A DNA stretch of 20,000 nucleotides from an uncultured virus (IMG/VR IMGVR_UViG_3300033463_000102). Taxonomy: Duplodnaviria > Heunggongvirae > Uroviricota > Caudoviricetes. This document shows, piece after piece, positions 15,747-20,000 of this stretch (the first letter of the stretch is position 1; every line of letters starts with the position of its first letter). The stretch lies in IMG/VR virus record IMGVR_UViG_3300033463_000102. The stretch is one strand, 5' to 3'. The notes under the pieces are model-generated. The model was not told where the DNA came from. It saw nothing but the letters and a program-made list of their open reading frames with translations, and made no database searches. Both the position numbers and the translations under genes were made by a program.

Positions 15747-16194
15747 ACCACCCCGTGTAGACCTTGTCTACGTTTACAAACCATCTGTCGTTGGGCATAG
15801 GAATGCCATACCAGTCTGACGACAGGCTGACCGCCTTGCGGATAAGCTCTGACTTGAACTTGCTGTATCCTACTATATCCCTCAGGAAATACTTGAGGGC
15901 ATAGTTGGTGTTCGCAAAGCTCAGGCTCTGGCCGTACCCAAGGGCGTCGTGCATATGCCATGCGACCTTTTCATCCAATGAGCCAAGGTTAGGGGCGAAC
16001 CAGTCTATGATGGCTGGGCCGCTCCTTCCGTCGAACTCGAAGCCAGCCTCGGTGCGGACATGGAGAATGCCCGTATCGAAGCGGACTTCGTATTCTATCG
16101 GCTTATGTAAAATATATAAACGGTACTTGTTCTCCACAAGGCCTAAAAGTTCAGAGGCGCCCGTGATGAAGTTGTATTCGTATGCTGCTATCAT
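15736..16194 (-). CDS. DUF1353-like protein
   Basis: GFEFDGRSGP and AWHMHDALGY motifs. Start re-called at 16194 (GGAGG RBS, ATGA overlap). Confidence 0.7.
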   Translation of the reverse strand: MIAAYEYNFITGASELLGLVENKYRLYILHKPIEYEVRFDTGILHVRTEAGFEFDGRSGPAIIDWFAPNLGSLDEKVAWHMHDALGYGQSLSFANTNYALKYFLRDIVGYSKFKSELIRKAVSLSSDWYGIPMPNDRWFVNVDKVYTGWYEI

Positions 16195-16274
16195 TTCTTG
16201 CCTCCCCAGTCCTTCGGGTCGAAAAGCCAAGCGGCGACCGTTATGGCCGCCGCCAACCATACGATGGTAAACAT
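16191..16274 (-). CDS. 27-aa membrane peptide
   Basis: MFTIVWLAAAITVAAWLFDPKDWGGKK. GAGGAG RBS, TGATG overlap upstream and ATGA overlap downstream. Confidence 0.6.
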   Translation of the reverse strand: MFTIVWLAAAITVAAWLFDPKDWGGKK

Positions 16275-17848
16275 CAGCGTATCTCCTCGGCAAGGAATGT
16301 GATATCCGTGGAGCCTATGCCAGACAGTGTAAGCCTGAGGCTTCGTCCGGGATTGCTGGAATATGCCAGTTCTATGATGTAGGTCCACTGCGTTCCGCTT
16401 TGGAGCATGTACTGTGGCACAATCCCGACCTCCTCGAACTCAGTTCCAATCAGGGTAACCGTATCGAAAGACGTTGTTCCGCTAGGCGGTGCAGAGGTCT
16501 GCGTAGAGTTGTGGAAGAGCCTCGTGAATACCTTGTAGGAACCAGTCCATCCTTGGGTGCCCACTTTCACGCCCACCTGCATTGTTCCACCGTGGGTGCC
16601 TTTCTGCGCAACCACGAAGCTGCTGGTATGGTCTACTTCGTTCCAGTTGTCAGACGGCGTAGTGGAGCCATGTTCGGCAAACGTGGTGATTGGAGCGGCA
16701 GAGGTGTACATCGTCCACACGTTGTCGCTATCGACCTCGCAGAAGTCCTCTGTGTTCCAGCCTAGGTTGGCCTTGCTGTTGAATATGATACGGGCATCAA
16801 AATGGTGTATCATTGGGTAGTACTCTGTACCACGCTTCGTCACGACGTACATGCCATTGTTGATGGCGTTCTGGATTGTGGCGAATGTCGTGCTATTGTA
16901 CTCCGCAATGAATACACGGCCATCCTTTTCGTTAGGAACATAGGTGCTCCATCCAGTATCGTTGTTGATTCGATATATGGTGCGTTGTCCGCCCTTTCCC
17001 AAGGAGAAGAAGTAATACTCATCGAAGTCAGGGTAGGAGTTGAATCCGCCATAGGAAGCATACGAGGCCTCGCCAACGCCACCGTTGAGCGTCATCACTA
17101 CGTGTTCACCTGCGGCAATGGCATTACGAATTTGTTCGAAGCTAGTGATGCCATATTCAGCCGTGAAGATTCCATCGGCGGAAATGACCCCATCGCTAGT
17201 GATATGGATATGGTTTCCTTCGGTCAGAAGCTTCTGGTAATTAGTGGACACGTCATGCTGGGTATAAGGCACGTCATAATCTGACACAGTGCATGTCCAT
17301 GCAATGTCACCTTCTGGGCTGTTTGTAAGCTCTGGTGTGAACGAGAGGATGCCAGCGTTGCTGCTGCCTTCCCAGTCAAGCCAGAACTGGTTCTGGCTGA
17401 AATTGCGGAGTTTCAAATAACCTATTAGACGGCTTCCGACTTCCCTGATTTCGAGGCGCTCGACAAAGGCGTAGCTCTTAGCCATGTCAGGAGAAGCACT
17501 GACAACGTAAGGCCATCCCACAGTGTAGTTGGCCCCGAGGGCACGGGTAGCGGAAACGGCAAACGTAACGTAGTCACCGCCGTAATGAGTGGCTGTGAAC
17601 ACGCACTGGCCACGCCCATAGATGTACTGCCACGTAAAGTCGAAAACCTTGCAATACTGGTAGCTTATGTTGTTCGTAGCCATCAGCTTGTGATGGGTCT
17701 TGCTGATTCTCTGGCCGTCAATGGCTATTCCATAGCCAGCAGTGTACAGCGGGGCTGCCCCGATGTTCGCACGGGCCTGTGCTTTTTCTTCTTCTGTGAA
17801 GTCCTGCGGGATGTTCGCAGCGACATGCATTTGCTTAGGTGCGCTCAT
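16274..17848 (-). CDS. Tail fibre/fibre-like virion protein
   Basis: N-terminal TEEEKAQARANIGA motif, shaft-like YTAGYGIAIDG and LTEGNHIHITSDGVISA segments, a duplicated internal domain and a beta-rich C-terminus. AAGGAGG RBS. Confidence 0.65.
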   Translation of the reverse strand: MSAPKQMHVAANIPQDFTEEEKAQARANIGAAPLYTAGYGIAIDGQRISKTHHKLMATNNISYQYCKVFDFTWQYIYGRGQCVFTATHYGGDYVTFAVSATRALGANYTVGWPYVVSASPDMAKSYAFVERLEIREVGSRLIGYLKLRNFSQNQFWLDWEGSSNAGILSFTPELTNSPEGDIAWTCTVSDYDVPYTQHDVSTNYQKLLTEGNHIHITSDGVISADGIFTAEYGITSFEQIRNAIAAGEHVVMTLNGGVGEASYASYGGFNSYPDFDEYYFFSLGKGGQRTIYRINNDTGWSTYVPNEKDGRVFIAEYNSTTFATIQNAINNGMYVVTKRGTEYYPMIHHFDARIIFNSKANLGWNTEDFCEVDSDNVWTMYTSAAPITTFAEHGSTTPSDNWNEVDHTSSFVVAQKGTHGGTMQVGVKVGTQGWTGSYKVFTRLFHNSTQTSAPPSGTTSFDTVTLIGTEFEEVGIVPQYMLQSGTQWTYIIELAYSSNPGRSLRLTLSGIGSTDITFLAEEIR

Positions 17849-18200
17849 TTTTGAAATCCTCCTTTAATTCCTTAAGGGTTGTGATAACGTTGTCCATCTT
17901 TACCAGGACCTGGGTCAGTTGCTGGTTCATCAGTGCTATCTGCTTGTTGCTATCAGCCACCTGTTGAAAAAGTAGTCCGATGTTGTCCTTGTTCTGCTGC
18001 GATTGAAATTGCAGTTTGAGAACGTCATCATGCAACTTCTGAGAGTCATCATCACGCATAACTTTCGTAGCGTTGCGCTCATCACGTATAGAGCTGCACT
18101 CGGCTCTGCTCTTGATGTAGAGTCCGATGGCAGTGAGCAAACCTGCGAAGCCAGTGAGCACTGCTATGACTGCTGCGATGAATTCTGGATTGCTGGTCAT
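17835..18200 (-). CDS. N-terminal TM plus coiled-coil protein (holin- or spanin-like)
   Basis: Hydrophobic FIAAVIAVLTGFAGLLTAIGLYI followed by a heptad-rich C-terminus. AGGAGG RBS. Confidence 0.6.
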   Translation of the reverse strand: MTSNPEFIAAVIAVLTGFAGLLTAIGLYIKSRAECSSIRDERNATKVMRDDDSQKLHDDVLKLQFQSQQNKDNIGLLFQQVADSNKQIALMNQQLTQVLVKMDNVITTLKELKEDFKNERT

Positions 18201-18208
18201 TGTTCCTC

Positions 18209-19798
18209 CTATAGATTAGGCTTCATTTGGTAATGGTTGTACATATACGAGTAGAAAGTATTATCCCCTATGTGCCATACATTGGAGCCGCCTCCTGTCG
18301 TATCGAAGTTAAAGTCCATATGAACCCACGTAGTTTTGCCCTTATTAAGGCCATACTGCTGTGATGAATCGGCTAAATACGTGTCGGTTTCATATTGGAA
18401 TAAGTACATCCCGTAAAACGAAGACAAACCGTTCCATGTCTTTGCTCCCCACGTCGATGTTGACTTATCAAGTACATACTGGTTTGCCCCGTATGAGTAA
18501 TACATGTTTTCCCCGTCACTCCATACACTGGTGCCGTAGAAGTTGCTCAAACCATTCCATGTCTTAGGCGACCATGTTGAAGTGCCTACGTCAAGCGTGT
18601 ATTGCTGTGACCCGTAAGAGTAGTATATGTTGCTTCCTTCTTTCCATACATTGCTTCCGTAGAACGAAGTAAGACCTGTCCAAGTCTTTGCCGACCATGT
18701 AGACGTAGTTTCATCAAGGACATATTGCGACGTGCCTGATGAGTAGTAAATATGCTCTCCATCAGACCACACCGAGCTTCCATAGAATGAAGTGAGGCCG
18801 TTCCATGTCTTTGGATAGAAGGTAGATGTTTCGATGTCGAGGACATGCTGTTGGCTGCTGTTAGAGTAATAGATGTTAGTGCCGTCAGTCCAAATATGGC
18901 TTCCTATAAGGTAAATCTGCTTACGAAGTCCGCTATTACTCCATGATGACTTTTGTATGTCAAGGACAAGCTGGTAGTTGTTGTCGGAGAAATAGATGGT
19001 CTCTCCGTCGTTCCAGACATCTGCCCCGTGGAAAATTTGGCCCGTACCACCCCATGTCTTTGCAGTCCATGTTGACGTGCTCTTATTTAGGACAAACTGG
19101 CTTTCGCTGGAGGAATAATAGATGTCTGTACCGTCAGACCATACATCGCTTCCTACAAAGCTAGTAAGTCCACTCCATGTCTTTGCTATCCATCTGGATG
19201 TACTCTTGTTGAGTACGTACTGTGAATTATAGTAAGACATGTATATGTCTGTTCCGTCCGTCCATATACTAGAACCTGCAAAAGATGTTAATCCATTCCA
19301 CGTCTTTACAGACCATGTAGAGGTTGTCTTGTCCAACACGTACTGTTGCGCTTCATCTGAGTAGTATATGTTCGTTCCGTCAGTCCATACCTCATTTCCT
19401 CTGAATGATGTTAGGCCATTCCAGCTCTTTTGTGACCAAGTTGATGTGGATATGTCAAGTACATACTGCTCTGTATCGTTAGAGTAGTATGTGTTTTCTC
19501 CGTCGCTCCATACTAGGTGTCCGTAGAATAAGGAAAGACCATTCCATTGTTTCCAATCCCATGCTTTTGCTTCACGGTTGAAAATGTAGTTGTCATATCC
19601 GTTTGAGAAGTACAGGTCATCCCCATACTTCCACACGTAAACCCCAAGGGCAGTACCGTGGCCAACAGTAGACCCGTTGTCGAACGGCTCATAGAACATC
19701 TTAGTGACGCCGTGAATATTCGTAAGAACATCAAGCTTCATAAGATTTCCGTTGTAAGAGAGAGCGTAGCTAGTGTTTTTTCCAATAACAATGTCCAT
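18209..19798 (-). CDS. Trp/Tyr-rich 41-aa repeat protein; probable double beta-propeller
   Basis: About 12 copies of WNGLTSFxGxxVWxDGxxIYYSxxxxQYVLDxxTSTWxxKT. Start re-called at the ATG at 19798 (AAGGAG RBS). Confidence 0.85.
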   Translation of the reverse strand: MDIVIGKNTSYALSYNGNLMKLDVLTNIHGVTKMFYEPFDNGSTVGHGTALGVYVWKYGDDLYFSNGYDNYIFNREAKAWDWKQWNGLSLFYGHLVWSDGENTYYSNDTEQYVLDISTSTWSQKSWNGLTSFRGNEVWTDGTNIYYSDEAQQYVLDKTTSTWSVKTWNGLTSFAGSSIWTDGTDIYMSYYNSQYVLNKSTSRWIAKTWSGLTSFVGSDVWSDGTDIYYSSSESQFVLNKSTSTWTAKTWGGTGQIFHGADVWNDGETIYFSDNNYQLVLDIQKSSWSNSGLRKQIYLIGSHIWTDGTNIYYSNSSQQHVLDIETSTFYPKTWNGLTSFYGSSVWSDGEHIYYSSGTSQYVLDETTSTWSAKTWTGLTSFYGSNVWKEGSNIYYSYGSQQYTLDVGTSTWSPKTWNGLSNFYGTSVWSDGENMYYSYGANQYVLDKSTSTWGAKTWNGLSSFYGMYLFQYETDTYLADSSQQYGLNKGKTTWVHMDFNFDTTGGGSNVWHIGDNTFYSYMYNHYQMKPNL

Positions 19799-19817
19799 AC
19801 AAATTCTCTCCTTTACG

Positions 19818-20000
19818 TTATATGTTAATTGTGTAGGTCTTGTCGTTGCTGTTCGTCCCTGACGTATAGCCCAAATCGGTTTCAACGCCGTCCTTTACTC
19901 CTGCAACGTGGATGGTGACAGTCATGCTTCCGCCGCCATACCAAAGTCCAGTATGAACCTGAACCTTAGTGACTGGGTCATCAGACGTGAAGTTGATATC
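19818..20000 (-). CDS. C-terminal fragment of a beta-rich protein entering from the right edge
   Basis: Open frame DINFTSDDPVTKVQVHTGLWYGGG...KTYTINI ending in TAA at 19818, just before the next RBS. Confidence 0.65.
   Translation of the reverse strand, partial: DINFTSDDPVTKVQVHTGLWYGGGSMTVTIHVAGVKDGVETDLGYTSGTNSNDKTYTINI

Larger units (their letters stand above)
1..20000. mobile_element. Tailed phage/prophage genome segment, podovirus-like
   Basis: TerL, gp4/gp10-like neck, ejection proteins, primase-helicase, SSB and HTH regulators. No host housekeeping genes. Confidence 0.95.

Noticed and set aside
18209..19798. 123-bp periodicity as a CRISPR array or DGR template/variable repeat
   Set aside because: The repeats are in-frame protein repeats with synonymous divergence. 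There are no identical repeats with unique spacers, no adenine-specific pattern was noticed, and no RT is present.
1..20000. Stop-codon reassignment or programmed frameshift
   Set aside because: Genes are full length under the standard code, TAA, TAG and TGA all act as stops at gene boundaries, and no suppressor tRNA is present.

Overview
This window is a 20-kb piece of a tailed dsDNA phage or prophage with a P22/podovirus-like neck, and nearly all genes are on the minus strand. In minus-strand order (right to left) it contains: a partial beta-rich protein; a 12 x 41-aa repeat beta-propeller protein; a TM/coiled-coil protein; a tail-fibre-like protein; a 27-aa membrane peptide; DUF1353; an HNH nuclease; and three glycosyltransferase-like genes with a small Zn-finger ORF among them. 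Next come two plus-strand paralogous XRE-HTH regulators and a divergent promoter pair flanking a ~120-bp AT-rich palindrome (candidate origin). These are followed by a VapE/SF3-type helicase, an AEP primase and an SSB-like protein. After those lies a non-coding RNA cluster at 8250-8660, then three small ORFs, TerS-like, TerL, P22 gp4-like and gp10-like proteins and putative ejection proteins. The most unusual element is a complete tRNA(UGU)-like gene with a 56-nt structured insertion in the 5' strand of its anticodon stem, followed by a second highly structured RNA. The replication genes also have attenuator/pseudoknot-like leaders, and a TACTTATT intergenic motif recurs. No portal, capsid, integrase or reverse transcriptase gene is visible. 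All assignments come from motifs read by eye, with no database searches.
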